A stretch of 63,929 bases of DNA, counting the filler, from Chlamydiia bacterium (GTDB taxonomy: Bacteria > Chlamydiota > Chlamydiia > Chlamydiales > FEN-1388), in assembly GCA_903848235.1 (NCBI GenBank). It is 13 parts of 13 records of this genome, joined end to end, with 100 filler letters (N's around TTAATTAATTAA, not from the genome) between each part and the next. Parts side by side here need not be neighbours in the genome. Positions count along the whole stretch, not along the records: positions 1 to 10,119 come from CAINFV010000241.1; 12 more parts are not named here. One strand, written 5' to 3'. This document shows, one piece after another, positions 1-9,964 of the stretch. Made by a program: the position numbers and the translations under genes. Every line of letters starts with the position of its first letter. The stretch's first letter is position 1. The notes beneath the pieces are model-generated. The model searched no databases and was not told the origin of the DNA. It saw nothing but the letters and a program-made list of their open reading frames with translations.

Positions 1-118
1 GGTGAGATGCCTCCACGCGAATCGACAGCAGAGCTGCTAGGCTGTCGTATCTAGACAACCGTTCACAATGGCCTGAAAGGGCTATATGTCAACATTTGTA
101 TAGATTTTTAGAAGCGGC
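1..118. mobile_element. End of a repeated, unassigned mobile element (copy A, cut by window edge)
   Basis: Reverse complement nearly identical to 27366-27483 and 46234-46351; the identity common to all three copies stops at ...TTTTTAGAAGCGGC. Confidence 0.75.
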
Positions 119-432
119 TTGAGGTGATGGATCTGCATCTTCATGGCGTGGTGAAAACCATTCTCACTCTAGAGAATTCTTCCTGGCTTCTCTTTGTCTA
201 TTCGGCAACAGCATCCCACACTGATCTGTCTGCATGTGACGAGGGAATTCTCCGCTGGGTTCCCGTTGATCAGGTGAGTCAGTACAATCTCATTGGCTTC
301 ATCCGACTTTTGTTTCCTCATATACTTGCACCCAACTGCTTTTTTGAAGGCACCATCGTCCACGATAGGTACGGAAATGTCCTAGAAGGAGCGCTTTCTG
401 TTACCGACTCGGGTCATGCACGTTTTGTCTGA
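119..432 (+). pseudogene. C-terminal half of a NUDIX hydrolase, truncated by the element
   Basis: LEV(M)DLHLHGVV...DEGILRWVP resembles the region right after the Nudix box; the box itself is replaced by element sequence. Confidence 0.55.
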
Positions 433-619
433 CCTTTGTTGACCTGCTTCTCACTCTTTTTCAACAGCAAAATGCAAGCTAAACGACAAAGATCTTGTTG
501 AATTTTCAGAGAAAAGGGTGTACATGCTAAATCATATGAAGCACCCGAACCCTTAGCCGCTTGTTTGTCTAGGGCCAGGCTCTATCAAAAGAGGCTGAGT
601 AATAAAAAGGACGGTTATC

Positions 620-3262
620 ATGGAATCATTATCGGCAATTCCGGATCCAATTGATTCATTAGTGACGGCTTTTGCATGCTTTGAAGTCGTTCCAAAACCT
701 TCAGATGAGAGAATTCAGAAGATACTGAAGGAACATAGTTCTGAAATCGAGACTGGGCAGTCGACTTTGAGGACTGTCGATTCGATTGTTAAGAAAATCA
801 CACTAGGAAAAGAAAAAATTACCGAATCTGACCGTACAGCGCTAGAGCAAGGAATCAAAAAATTGCATTTCATTTTGGATAGAGCATTTATGCGGTCGCG
901 AAAGGGGGCAATACCTCAAGATGTAAAAAATACCTTGTCGGTGTGCATAGGCAAATACGATAAATTTCTCAGCATGTTTTTAGAGCAGAAAACGGGAAAA
1001 GATAGAAAACAATTGGAATGCCAATTTTCTGTAAAAGATTGGACAGACAGAGAAGATCTTCCAGATGAAATATCCCAGGTGCGTAGAGCTACCGCAAAAT
1101 TTCCTGTCCCAGAAGAATCGATGAAGACAGAGGAAAAATTATCGGAAAAAGATTTTAAGTCGCCTGAAATAGTGGAACGACGTCTGGGTGACATTCGTAA
1201 GCAAATACAGTCCGCAAGTTTGTCTAGAACCATAGAAAGTTTAGGGAACGTGATGGATGGTCTATTGTACGTACGCTCACGAACTCCGGACAGAAGTGGG
1301 CTTCCGGAACTGATGGAGTTATATGAGAGCGTGGTAGCAGATTTTCTGGAACATGCAACTGAAAAAATAAAAGAAGAATATTATAGATTAACGCCATCAG
1401 TAATTCGCGAAAGGCTTTCTTTCCCCCCAGAAACTATTCTGAATTGTAAACTTGCAGTATTGAAGAGTGAGTTTGAGAAGAAAAAAGAATTTGAAACAGT
1501 TCATGCTGAAGTATCAAAAATTTTAGACAGCTTTTCTACAATACAAGAGTATACGGATGAAGTAAGAGCCAGTATTCTTGAAGTAAAACATTTTATGCAG
1601 GATATTGCTAGAAGTCTGTCTTCGGAAGAATACAGTAAGCTATTAACCTTAGGCGAGAAATACAATGCAACGATCGAAACATGTTGTTCTAAATTTTTAA
1701 AAACTCATGAGTTGAAAAAGCAACAGGAATTCGATCGTATAACAGCGGAAGCAAAAAGAGAACAGAAAGCTCCTAGACCTACAGCAGAAATTTGGAGAGT
1801 GGAGAGTGAAGCGCCTGCAACAGGCAACCGAGTTGAAAGGTCGATACTAGAAATGGGGATGATTCAGGACGTCGAACGGCGGTATAAGAAAGAAAAGAAA
1901 GAACTTGAGGCATTGAGAGGGGCCCTTCCGATCAAGCTCCCTGCAGTGCAAGAAGAATTGCCCAGCAAACGAGCAGGAGAGGTAGAGAGGCCTAAAGATG
2001 AAAGAATGTCGACACCCTCTCATTCCCCTTTTACAGGGTTCGTTGAAACAGTAGCCGTTTTCTTTTCCGAATTAAAATCTTCTATTCTCAGGACAGAGAA
2101 AAAACCGGTGATGGAGGAAGGAGTAGTAGTAAAGGGACATAAATTCTTTCGCACAGATGTTAAAGCTGTTGAAGATGAATTAGGAGAGCTTGCACAGAGA
2201 TTTTCAGCCCTAGCTCCTCAAAAAGATGAGAAGTGTGATGGTTCGTTGGTAATACAAGGGACTGACATACTAAAAAAACTAGAGGGCGAGGTAGTAGAAG
2301 ACGGGCCATCGCTAGTGCGAGATTTTGCTCTGTTACGAAGGATGTTAGTCAGGGCATTACGGTTCGCTCGTTTAAGTAAGGATATATCTCCCAATGATGC
2401 TGAAAAGGTGCTAACGGCTGTAAAGACCTATAACTCATTGGTAGAAAAATGGAGCAAATATTACCAAGGTGAAGAGTGCGAAACTTTTAAAGACACTATG
2501 ATGCTTTCAGAAAAACTGAAAGAAGAGGAAGTGGCGCCAGAAGCAGAGGTGGTGGTAGTCGCGAAGGAATTAGTGGGAAGTGCGAAGGTTTCATATGCTG
2601 ATCAAATTGTAGGGGCGTTACGAAAACGTTTTGCAAAGTGGCCAGATGCGGCATTCGGAAAGACAAATTTTGTGCGATACATGGTGAGGTATCGTCTTGG
2701 ATGCGCTATGCAAAAAGCGGCCGAAGAAAATCCGGCAGAAGCGAAAAAACTATGTACTATTCCGGGAATTTTGGCACACCACGCGCCAGGCCATGAAGAC
2801 TCATATTTAGCCAAAATAGTCGCTGATGCTGAATCAGTGGAGAAGAGAACTGAGTTTATATCAAATGATTTAAGACTTCTTGAAACAGATCTTGGGAATC
2901 GCATCGGAAAGCTTGATAAGCAAATCGAAGAGAAGCATGGTGCGAAAAAACTCGCGAAGGGAAAAAAGCTGGAAGGGCTGAGCGAGGAGATAAAAACACT
3001 TGAAAAACAAAAAGATTCACTTGTAGCGGCTAAAGATAAAGTGGCAAAGGCAATGGAAAGTCTGAAAGAACAGGCTCGAAGATTTGAAACGATTGCTAGC
3101 TTCATTAGTGGCAATGTAGCGCCAAGAGCAGGGTCAAAACTTGGAGAAGCCTTTGATTTTACAAGTGTGCAAGAAGAATATGTAGCCCTTAAAACTCGGG
3201 TAGAAAAAGCTCGTGCTGTTGTCGATGAAACACGAGCTGCCTTTAAAGGCGGAAGAAAGTAA
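620..3262 (+). CDS. Large helical/coiled-coil hypothetical protein, effector-like
   Basis: 880-aa ORF, E/K-rich, SD-like AAGGAC upstream, no recognisable family. Confidence 0.8.
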   Translation: MESLSAIPDPIDSLVTAFACFEVVPKPSDERIQKILKEHSSEIETGQSTLRTVDSIVKKITLGKEKITESDRTALEQGIKKLHFILDRAFMRSRKGAIPQDVKNTLSVCIGKYDKFLSMFLEQKTGKDRKQLECQFSVKDWTDREDLPDEISQVRRATAKFPVPEESMKTEEKLSEKDFKSPEIVERRLGDIRKQIQSASLSRTIESLGNVMDGLLYVRSRTPDRSGLPELMELYESVVADFLEHATEKIKEEYYRLTPSVIRERLSFPPETILNCKLAVLKSEFEKKKEFETVHAEVSKILDSFSTIQEYTDEVRASILEVKHFMQDIARSLSSEEYSKLLTLGEKYNATIETCCSKFLKTHELKKQQEFDRITAEAKREQKAPRPTAEIWRVESEAPATGNRVERSILEMGMIQDVERRYKKEKKELEALRGALPIKLPAVQEELPSKRAGEVERPKDERMSTPSHSPFTGFVETVAVFFSELKSSILRTEKKPVMEEGVVVKGHKFFRTDVKAVEDELGELAQRFSALAPQKDEKCDGSLVIQGTDILKKLEGEVVEDGPSLVRDFALLRRMLVRALRFARLSKDISPNDAEKVLTAVKTYNSLVEKWSKYYQGEECETFKDTMMLSEKLKEEEVAPEAEVVVVAKELVGSAKVSYADQIVGALRKRFAKWPDAAFGKTNFVRYMVRYRLGCAMQKAAEENPAEAKKLCTIPGILAHHAPGHEDSYLAKIVADAESVEKRTEFISNDLRLLETDLGNRIGKLDKQIEEKHGAKKLAKGKKLEGLSEEIKTLEKQKDSLVAAKDKVAKAMESLKEQARRFETIASFISGNVAPRAGSKLGEAFDFTSVQEEYVALKTRVEKARAVVDETRAAFKGGRK

Positions 3263-3291
3263 ACGCCTGTAGGGTATTCTGCAGTCTAAAC

Positions 3292-3330
3292 GAATGGCCG
3301 CCTAGGTGACTTATGTCTTGGCGGCCATTC
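3292..3330. terminator. Bidirectional hairpin between convergent genes
   Basis: GAATGGCCGCC-TAGG...CTTG-GCGGCCATTC inverted repeat. Confidence 0.55.
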
Positions 3331-3350
3331 GGTCATTCTTAACTCACAAA

Positions 3351-4700
3351 CTACGATGCAATGCTGCCGCTGGCTGGTGGTGGCGTCTGTGCCTCTTCTC
3401 CTGCAGGAGAGCTATAGGACATTTGCGACGTTTTCTTCCACCACACAAAAGAGATGATGCCGCAGACCGTGGCGACCAAAGAGCAGATGAAAAAAATCAC
3501 TGGAAAGCCGATGGTGTCGACGAACGACGCCAGTGTTCCGGCGAGTTTCCCTCCAAGGCCAATGCAGGCATAGACGAGCGCTGTAGAGAGCGTATGGTAG
3601 CGGGTGGGGATGAGTGCTGTTGCTGCCGAAAAGAGGACTGGGCGAACGTGGAAGTCGGCAATAAAGCAGGTCACATGGACACAGAAGAGCAGGGGCACTC
3701 CAGAGAGAGCTGGCGTCGATGAGGAAACAGTGGCAAAGATGGCCGTCGTAGCAAAAGAGGCGGCAATGATGGTAAATCCTACAGAGAGCTTAAGAGGTTC
3801 TATTCTCTCTGAAAAAAAGTGGGCATTGATCCATGCCTTTCGATGATATGGGGAGAGTAACGTCATCGTCAAAGAGCCAATGGCGCCAAACCACAGCGTG
3901 GGGATGGTCCAACTGCCAAGAGTGCGGTTGACGCATTGATGGAGGAAAACTGGCATTCCTGTGGCAAGTTGATTGGAGCAGACAAAGAAAGGGACGCCCA
4001 GGAGAATCAAGATGAAAAAGGAGATCGTGGCGCCGGAGTGCGTTGATGTCGATACGGGGTGAGGAGGCGATGAGGGCTCTTCGGCAGAGAGGCTGACAAT
4101 CCCTTTGCCAAAATAAATTAAGAACAGACAGATGCTGATTCCTGTGAATACAAGAGCGGTTGTCATAACGCCGGGCATTTGAAAGGCGTTGAAAATGGGG
4201 TTTGAGAGAAGGCCTCCACTGACAAAGCCCATGCATGAGGCCACATAGTAATATTCATAGCCCCTCTGACGTATCGTAAGTGGAAGTTTTCCTATGGCTG
4301 CCGTGAGATTTACTTTGACAAATCCTATGCCAAGGCCGAGCGTAAGAAGAGCGAGGGATACTCCGTTGTGTGATGTGTTCATGTTGAGCATGACAAGGCC
4401 GCTTCCCATCAGCCCATATCCGAGAAGGGCGGTAACCGGCTTACCTAAGATGAGGTCGCCAAGGAGGCCTCCAATAAATGGAGAGATGTAAATGAGTGCC
4501 AGAAAGGTGCCGAAGATTGAGAATGTTTCGGCCTTTGACCACGCTAGTCCGCCGTTGGACAGAGATTCAATACAGTAAATGGGGATAAGTGGGGTGATGA
4601 CATATGATGCTGCACAGATCGTATAGATACTGAGTAGCAGAAAGAGGGGGTTCTTGTTTGATGTCTTGCTTGTGGTGCTATTAATATTCATCTGAATCAC
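3351..4700 (-). CDS. Proton-dependent oligopeptide transporter (POT/PTR2, MFS)
   Basis: GGLAWSKAETFSIFGTF, PFIGGLLGDLILG, GLGIGFVKVN motifs; about 12 hydrophobic segments. Confidence 0.8.
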   Translation of the reverse strand: MIQMNINSTTSKTSNKNPLFLLLSIYTICAASYVITPLIPIYCIESLSNGGLAWSKAETFSIFGTFLALIYISPFIGGLLGDLILGKPVTALLGYGLMGSGLVMLNMNTSHNGVSLALLTLGLGIGFVKVNLTAAIGKLPLTIRQRGYEYYYVASCMGFVSGGLLSNPIFNAFQMPGVMTTALVFTGISICLFLIYFGKGIVSLSAEEPSSPPHPVSTSTHSGATISFFILILLGVPFFVCSNQLATGMPVFLHQCVNRTLGSWTIPTLWFGAIGSLTMTLLSPYHRKAWINAHFFSERIEPLKLSVGFTIIAASFATTAIFATVSSSTPALSGVPLLFCVHVTCFIADFHVRPVLFSAATALIPTRYHTLSTALVYACIGLGGKLAGTLASFVDTIGFPVIFFICSLVATVCGIISFVWWKKTSQMSYSSPAGEEAQTPPPASGSIAS

Positions 4701-4946
4701 AGAATTGGAAAAATTATAATTATACTACATCTATTATTTTTATAAGAGAAAAAAAGTGCGGCAAGCGCCGTTGCTGATGGCAAGCGTGATTTTCGTGCAT
4801 TTCCGATAAATAAATGAACATGGATTATTTTTGCAGAGATTGTTGAATATATTTTTTAATCGCGGTCGATGGTATGCTGTGCCGATACTTTAACGTATGA
4901 AAACTGTCGTAGTTTTAAAAACGGATTTCCCGTAGTGGAGGCCCTT

Positions 4947-6068
4947 ATGGCTGATTCGCTTCAGAGTTTAAGTGCTCATAGAGCAGGTGCCATTGATACA
5001 GATTTTCTTGATACATTAACAGCGCCAACTCCCCAGAAAATTCCTGCTATTGGCCTGTGGGGAATTCTTTCTTCTCCACCAAAAGAAACTCGCTCAGAAT
5101 CAGATATGGTAGAGCAGATAAGGGGACGTGTCCAGGCTCTCGATCTCCAAGGTCAAACGCTAATCCATCTGAATGGGGATGAAGTTGACGGATTGCGTAA
5201 TAGGCTCGATGTTCTTTCAGGTGAAGGCGGAGCGGTGCTTGCAGTACGGCCTGGTGATGTTTGGCAGAGAGGAGTTCCTTCGGCCTTCAGACAGGCCGCT
5301 CGTGTCGATCTGCAGCGGCATATCGGATTCTCCAAGCCTCAAGAAGAAGCTCGCCTTGATTCACGACTGGTTGTCGACGGCGAGTTGCGGCAATTGCTTG
5401 AGGTCGCCAAAGGTCGTGATCAAGGGCGGGCAGAAGAACGTCTTCAACTCAAGAGTCCACGACATTGCTTGCTAGAAGTTGAGGATTTCAATGGGTTGCT
5501 GCATAGCCTTAGTATCATGGATCAAGGCGAAATGGAAACAGTCGAAGTGTTGCTGAAAATCCCAACAAATACCCAAGAAAAAAGAGATCGACTTGTGGTT
5601 GCCTGCGCCATTGCGAAGGGGTATCTGGAAAAAATCTCAGATTTTTATCTGAGCATTTATCCTCAAAACATTGAGCTTCTTCGGTCGGAGTCGCAAGAAA
5701 TTATTGGAGCTAGGCTTGTCGGTGAAGTCCCTCGGGCTCACATGGCTATGATCGATGAGCTTGCCACTGCCCCTCAAAATCGATTGTTTGGACTCCTTCT
5801 CTTTCGTCTTTTTTACGGAGAAAAAGAATTTCTTTCAAAGATTGACGTGGAACCTCTACCTGAGGCGACGAGCTGGGAATGGTTGCAGATCGTTGCGAAG
5901 ATAAGGAAATGCCTGGATCCGGATGCGTCGATAAAATTCATCGATCAAACTATCTGGTTGCTCGTTTCCGAAGCAGATTTTGGTATCGCGCATTCCATAG
6001 GCATCCTTCAAGGGCTCTTGAGTGGAAAATATCCTGAAGAATGTACGTTTCGCGTACCCATGTTTTGA
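4947..6068 (+). CDS. Hypothetical protein
   Basis: Long ORF; GGAGG SD before ATG at 4947. Confidence 0.7.
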   Translation: MADSLQSLSAHRAGAIDTDFLDTLTAPTPQKIPAIGLWGILSSPPKETRSESDMVEQIRGRVQALDLQGQTLIHLNGDEVDGLRNRLDVLSGEGGAVLAVRPGDVWQRGVPSAFRQAARVDLQRHIGFSKPQEEARLDSRLVVDGELRQLLEVAKGRDQGRAEERLQLKSPRHCLLEVEDFNGLLHSLSIMDQGEMETVEVLLKIPTNTQEKRDRLVVACAIAKGYLEKISDFYLSIYPQNIELLRSESQEIIGARLVGEVPRAHMAMIDELATAPQNRLFGLLLFRLFYGEKEFLSKIDVEPLPEATSWEWLQIVAKIRKCLDPDASIKFIDQTIWLLVSEADFGIAHSIGILQGLLSGKYPEECTFRVPMF

Positions 6069-6257
6069 ATCCCAACTCAAATGGGATATCTCTCTTTAGC
6101 TGGACTTTAGCAATTTTCGGCTGACTCATGATGCGCGACCTTCCTATCGCTGATCGGGATTTTTACACTGCCATAGTGTTTTATCTTTTTTTTGGCTAAG
6201 GTGAACATGGGTTCACTTTTTTTTACGAACCCGATCGGTTGTCGAGAGGTTATTTCC

Positions 6258-6836
6258 ATGGAAGAAGAACAAGAAGAAAAGCCGCAAGAGCACGCCCTTC
6301 CAGAGCGTTCTCTGGAATGTTCTGGCGAATGTCGACGTCCAATCAAAGTGATATATACAGAGATCGTTGGGAAGAACATCTCTCGCATTGCGATGTGCGA
6401 GGAGTGCCCTGTCCTGAGCCAAAAAATGCGGGGCGGGGGGGCGGCACCACAGCTTTCTGGCAAGACTTCTGCTTCCCTTGTGTGTGGCGGATGTGGCCTT
6501 ACCCTTGACGAGGTGAAGATGGGGTCTCCTCTCGGATGTCCGCTATGCTATGAGATCTTCGGAGATGAAGTGGTCCATGAGCTCGTTCAGCTCGAACGTC
6601 TTCCGCCAAAGTTCGGTCATCAGAAAAAAGGAGAGTCATTGCACGTCGGCCGCTCTCCTGGGCAGCAGCAACAGATAGACCCTTCTTTAAAACTGCTTTC
6701 CCTCCAGCAGGCGCTCCATGAGACGCTTGGCCGTGAAGACTATGAACAGGCGGCCTTGCTGAGGGATCAGATACGAGAGATAGAAGAAAAGTCAAAAGGC
6801 CCAGAGGAGAAAAAGAATGGCGGAGAACCTAGGTAA
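6258..6836 (+). CDS. mcsA: McsA-like protein (CxxC motifs plus UvrB/UvrC motif)
   Basis: CEEC, CGGC, GCPLCY, REDYEQAALLRDQI; overlaps mcsB. Confidence 0.88.
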   Translation: MEEEQEEKPQEHALPERSLECSGECRRPIKVIYTEIVGKNISRIAMCEECPVLSQKMRGGGAAPQLSGKTSASLVCGGCGLTLDEVKMGSPLGCPLCYEIFGDEVVHELVQLERLPPKFGHQKKGESLHVGRSPGQQQQIDPSLKLLSLQQALHETLGREDYEQAALLRDQIREIEEKSKGPEEKKNGGEPR

Positions 6837-7887
6837 GTTTGTCAGCCCACCGACCTTTGCCGCGTCATGGGAGAAAAATACCAATTCTATATGGCTGGCA
6901 ACTACCCTCACCCTTCACAGAAATATCGATAAATTTAATTTTCCTCGGCAGCTTGATACCGAAAAACGGCGTCTTGTCTCAGAGCTTGTGACGGGGCCTC
7001 TCAAAGAGGTTCCTTCGCTTGCCGGTGTTCAAATTCTTCCTCTCGATGCTCTTCATCCAATAGACAGGGAATTTCTGACGGAGCACTTCCTGCTATTCGA
7101 ACCTGTCCGTGATAATCAACACGGCCAGGATTTTGTCACTGAGCAGTCAGGAACGATCCTCATTCAAATAAATGCCAATGATCATCTAGAACTTCATCTT
7201 GTAGAGCCTTCAGGGGAACTAGAAAAGGCATTACAGCGCTTAGGAGAGATTGAAAAAGGTATTGAAAAGCATCTGCCATTCTCTTTCTCCAATCAGTTTG
7301 GATATCTCACCTCAGACCCTTGCCAGTCTGGCACTGGGCTGATCGTCAATGCGTATGTCCATATCCCAGCTCTGGTTTCCAGTGGAGGGTATCACAAGAC
7401 GCTAGCTGGAGAACATCAGGAGGGGCTTCTCTTCACTTCTCTTCAAGGAAATCCTGAAGACCTTATCGGCGACCTTCTGGTGATCAGGAATCGGTGGACA
7501 ACAGGGGTTGCAGAAGAAGCAATCCTCGCCTCTATCCGCAATACAGTTCAAAAAATTGTGGCCGAAGAGGCGTCGTTACGTACAAAGATAAAAGGAGAGA
7601 AAGATACGCTCTTCATTGACCATATCAGCCGTGCTATCGGTACCCTGCAGCATTCTTTTACCATAGATACAAGCGAAGCACTTCGTGCCATTAGCCAGAT
7701 AAAATTTGGGGTTGAGCTGGGATGGGTACAGGGGATAACGATAGAAGCGATTAACGAATTGTTCTTCGACTGCCGCCGTGCGCATCTTGCGAAAAAAATC
7801 AATCCAGAGCTCTACTCCACGCCACAGCTCTACAACGCTCGTGCAGAATTCTTCCGCACGCTTATGGCGCCTATAGCGCTTGTCTAG
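6817..7887 (+). CDS. mcsB: Protein arginine kinase McsB (ATP:guanido phosphotransferase family)
   Basis: WLATTLTLHRNI, INANDHL, FGYLTSDPCQSGTGL...HIPAL; downstream of mcsA. Confidence 0.88.
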   Translation: MAENLGKFVSPPTFAASWEKNTNSIWLATTLTLHRNIDKFNFPRQLDTEKRRLVSELVTGPLKEVPSLAGVQILPLDALHPIDREFLTEHFLLFEPVRDNQHGQDFVTEQSGTILIQINANDHLELHLVEPSGELEKALQRLGEIEKGIEKHLPFSFSNQFGYLTSDPCQSGTGLIVNAYVHIPALVSSGGYHKTLAGEHQEGLLFTSLQGNPEDLIGDLLVIRNRWTTGVAEEAILASIRNTVQKIVAEEASLRTKIKGEKDTLFIDHISRAIGTLQHSFTIDTSEALRAISQIKFGVELGWVQGITIEAINELFFDCRRAHLAKKINPELYSTPQLYNARAEFFRTLMAPIALV

Positions 7888-7948
7888 AAAGAACTGCCGC
7901 TCCCTTCTTCATGGGGAAAAAACCAAGAAGAAGGGGGAGAGCGCGGGA

Positions 7949-8974
7949 TTACTGTTTGGGACGCTTGCTGATACGGATAGCGCTAAGCTGCTCTTGCAGG
8001 GACTCTATGACGGCGATCGTTATCTCAATCTCGTCTTGTAGATGGGAAAGATCATGATGGCCTTCTTGCATCAGCCCACGACGTGTTTCCTCAAGTTCTT
8101 GCAACACCTTTTTCTTGCTCTCAATAGCTTTGAGAAGTTTAGAGAGTGCTGCTGCCTGCGAAGAAGCTGGATCTGATAAAGGAGGATAGCCTTTGAGGGG
8201 AGAATTCGCTGGTGTTGGGGGAACAGGGGGGCGTTTTAACCGGCGAGCGGCCGGGGGATGATCTTCATCGTCATCTGAGGACTCTTCTCGCAACCCTTCC
8301 TGAAAGCTTCCCATGGCAGGAGCAGGTCTATATTCGAAAAGAAAATGGGGACGTGGGGCTGCCACAGGTGCTTCTGATTCCTCGTGAAGGGGGGTAGCTT
8401 CTTCTTGGCGATGGAGGCGTAGCTTGATAGCCAGCTGCTGTTGAGTGATGATCCATTCAATATGTGGGATGGAGCTGAAATCTGCATCTGATACTGTTCT
8501 CATGCCGGGTTTGAGAATGGCAATCGTACAATGAGGGGCGAAACCAAATTCTTCCTCGACTGGTATTCCCAACGTTCTTTCTGCGACTTCCTTTATTTGG
8601 TCGTGAAGCGCTATAAATTTGCCTTCCGATTGCCCTTGTCCGCCCTGGCCATGACGAATACTCTTTGCATTGAAGACGACACATTCACCATGTTTGCCAA
8701 AGGCATGCGGCTTACACATGCTGGCGGTAAAATTTTCAAAATGAAGTCTTTTGACCGCTGCGTCTATGGCGTCAGCTTGCTCTTTCGTGACTCCTTTGGC
8801 CACGCATATAGAGAGGTGATATGAGGATGGGTAAGAGAGGCTTAATTTTCCTTGCGCATCCTTATTGCATTGTTCTGCAACAACATGAATCAAGGATTTT
8901 GTTGGCTTTGGTATCGACAAGCAAACGTCGAGATCGAACAATGGGGAGATTGTTCCTGACATGATTATTCCCAA
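7949..8974 (-). CDS. 2H phosphoesterase-like domain plus acidic/Pro-rich linker plus C-terminal coiled coil
   Basis: Two Hx(S/T) motifs (YHLSI, PHCTIA) about 95 aa apart. Confidence 0.6.
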   Translation of the reverse strand: MGIIMSGTISPLFDLDVCLSIPKPTKSLIHVVAEQCNKDAQGKLSLSYPSSYHLSICVAKGVTKEQADAIDAAVKRLHFENFTASMCKPHAFGKHGECVVFNAKSIRHGQGGQGQSEGKFIALHDQIKEVAERTLGIPVEEEFGFAPHCTIAILKPGMRTVSDADFSSIPHIEWIITQQQLAIKLRLHRQEEATPLHEESEAPVAAPRPHFLFEYRPAPAMGSFQEGLREESSDDDEDHPPAARRLKRPPVPPTPANSPLKGYPPLSDPASSQAAALSKLLKAIESKKKVLQELEETRRGLMQEGHHDLSHLQDEIEITIAVIESLQEQLSAIRISKRPKQ

Positions 8975-9045
8975 TGTTATTAGTGTAAATAATAGTGATT
9001 GTTATATGCCGCTCTATTTTTTTTATTCAAGTTAAATAGATATAA

Positions 9046-9696
9046 TTAACTGGGTTCTTTGTCTTGAAGCTGCTCTGCGCTGACGGCCATCCACGATTGT
9101 TCAGCACCGATCGTCGTCGCAGGACCGTGACCTGGCAACACTCGTGTCGCCTTGGGGAGCGAACAGAGTTTCTGAAGTGTCTGCCCCATGAGAAATGGCG
9201 AGGAAGTCGGAAAGGAAATATTGCCCATGGTCCCTTTAAAAAGGGTGTCTCCTGTCAGTAGAATTCCCTCTTCAGCATTATACAAACAGATACTTCCAGG
9301 AGAGTGTCCTGGAGTATGAAGAACGATCCATGAGCTGTTTCCAACGTGGAGTACATCGCCATCATTGAGAAGTGTTGCTGATGCAAGAGGTTTGATAGGA
9401 ATCCAGGAAGGAATGCCATCGCTTCCCGGGTGGATCAGATTCTCAGCGTCAAAACGGTGGACGAGGACAGGGATATCATGATGTGCCAATAGCGCATGGC
9501 AATCCGCTGTATGATCCCAATGGGAATGAGTAATCCAAATGGCAGACAGAGTTTTCTGCTGCTCTTTTAGAAGAGCTTCGAGCTTGGGGGTGCTCCGAGG
9601 TGAGGGGTCGACGACAACGGCGTCAGAAGAAGACATGAGAAGATAGGCATTCGTCTGAAAAGGGCCGGAAGGGATGCTTTGTATAGAAATGCTCAT
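9046..9696 (-). CDS. MBL-fold metallo-hydrolase (glyoxalase II/GloC-like)
   Basis: THSHWDH, HTPGHSPG, TGDTLF, PGHG. Confidence 0.92.
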   Translation of the reverse strand: MSISIQSIPSGPFQTNAYLLMSSSDAVVVDPSPRSTPKLEALLKEQQKTLSAIWITHSHWDHTADCHALLAHHDIPVLVHRFDAENLIHPGSDGIPSWIPIKPLASATLLNDGDVLHVGNSSWIVLHTPGHSPGSICLYNAEEGILLTGDTLFKGTMGNISFPTSSPFLMGQTLQKLCSLPKATRVLPGHGPATTIGAEQSWMAVSAEQLQDKEPS

Positions 9697-9786
9697 GACA
9701 TATCACTATGGAAAATTGAGACGCAGTTGTGTCATCCACATTCCAGGAGAAGGAAAAACAGTTGGAACGAGAAAAGGTATAAACAA

Positions 9787-9813
9787 AAGGCAGAGAAAAA
9801 AATTCTCTGCCTT
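9787..9813 (-). terminator. Intrinsic terminator downstream of tRNA-Arg
   Basis: AAGGCAGAGAA...TTCTCTGCCTT stem followed by a T-rich tract on the minus strand. Confidence 0.7.
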
Positions 9814-9817
9814 CCAT

Positions 9818-9891
9818 TGCACTGGAGAGGATTCGAACCTCTGACCCTCTGGTTCGTAGCCAGATACTCTATCCAGCTGAGCTACCAGTGC
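9818..9891 (-). tRNA. tRNA-Arg(ACG), CCA not encoded
   Basis: GCACTGGTAGCTCAGCTGGATAGAGTATCTGGCT-ACG-AACCAGAGGGTCAGAGGTTCGAATCCTCTCCAGTGCA cloverleaf. Confidence 0.96.
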
Positions 9892-9964
9892 GAAAAAAAA
9901 CTGCCTCTATATGGTATCCTATTTCCCTCTTTTCACAAAAGGTGGGAGTTCGTCGGGCGGCATA

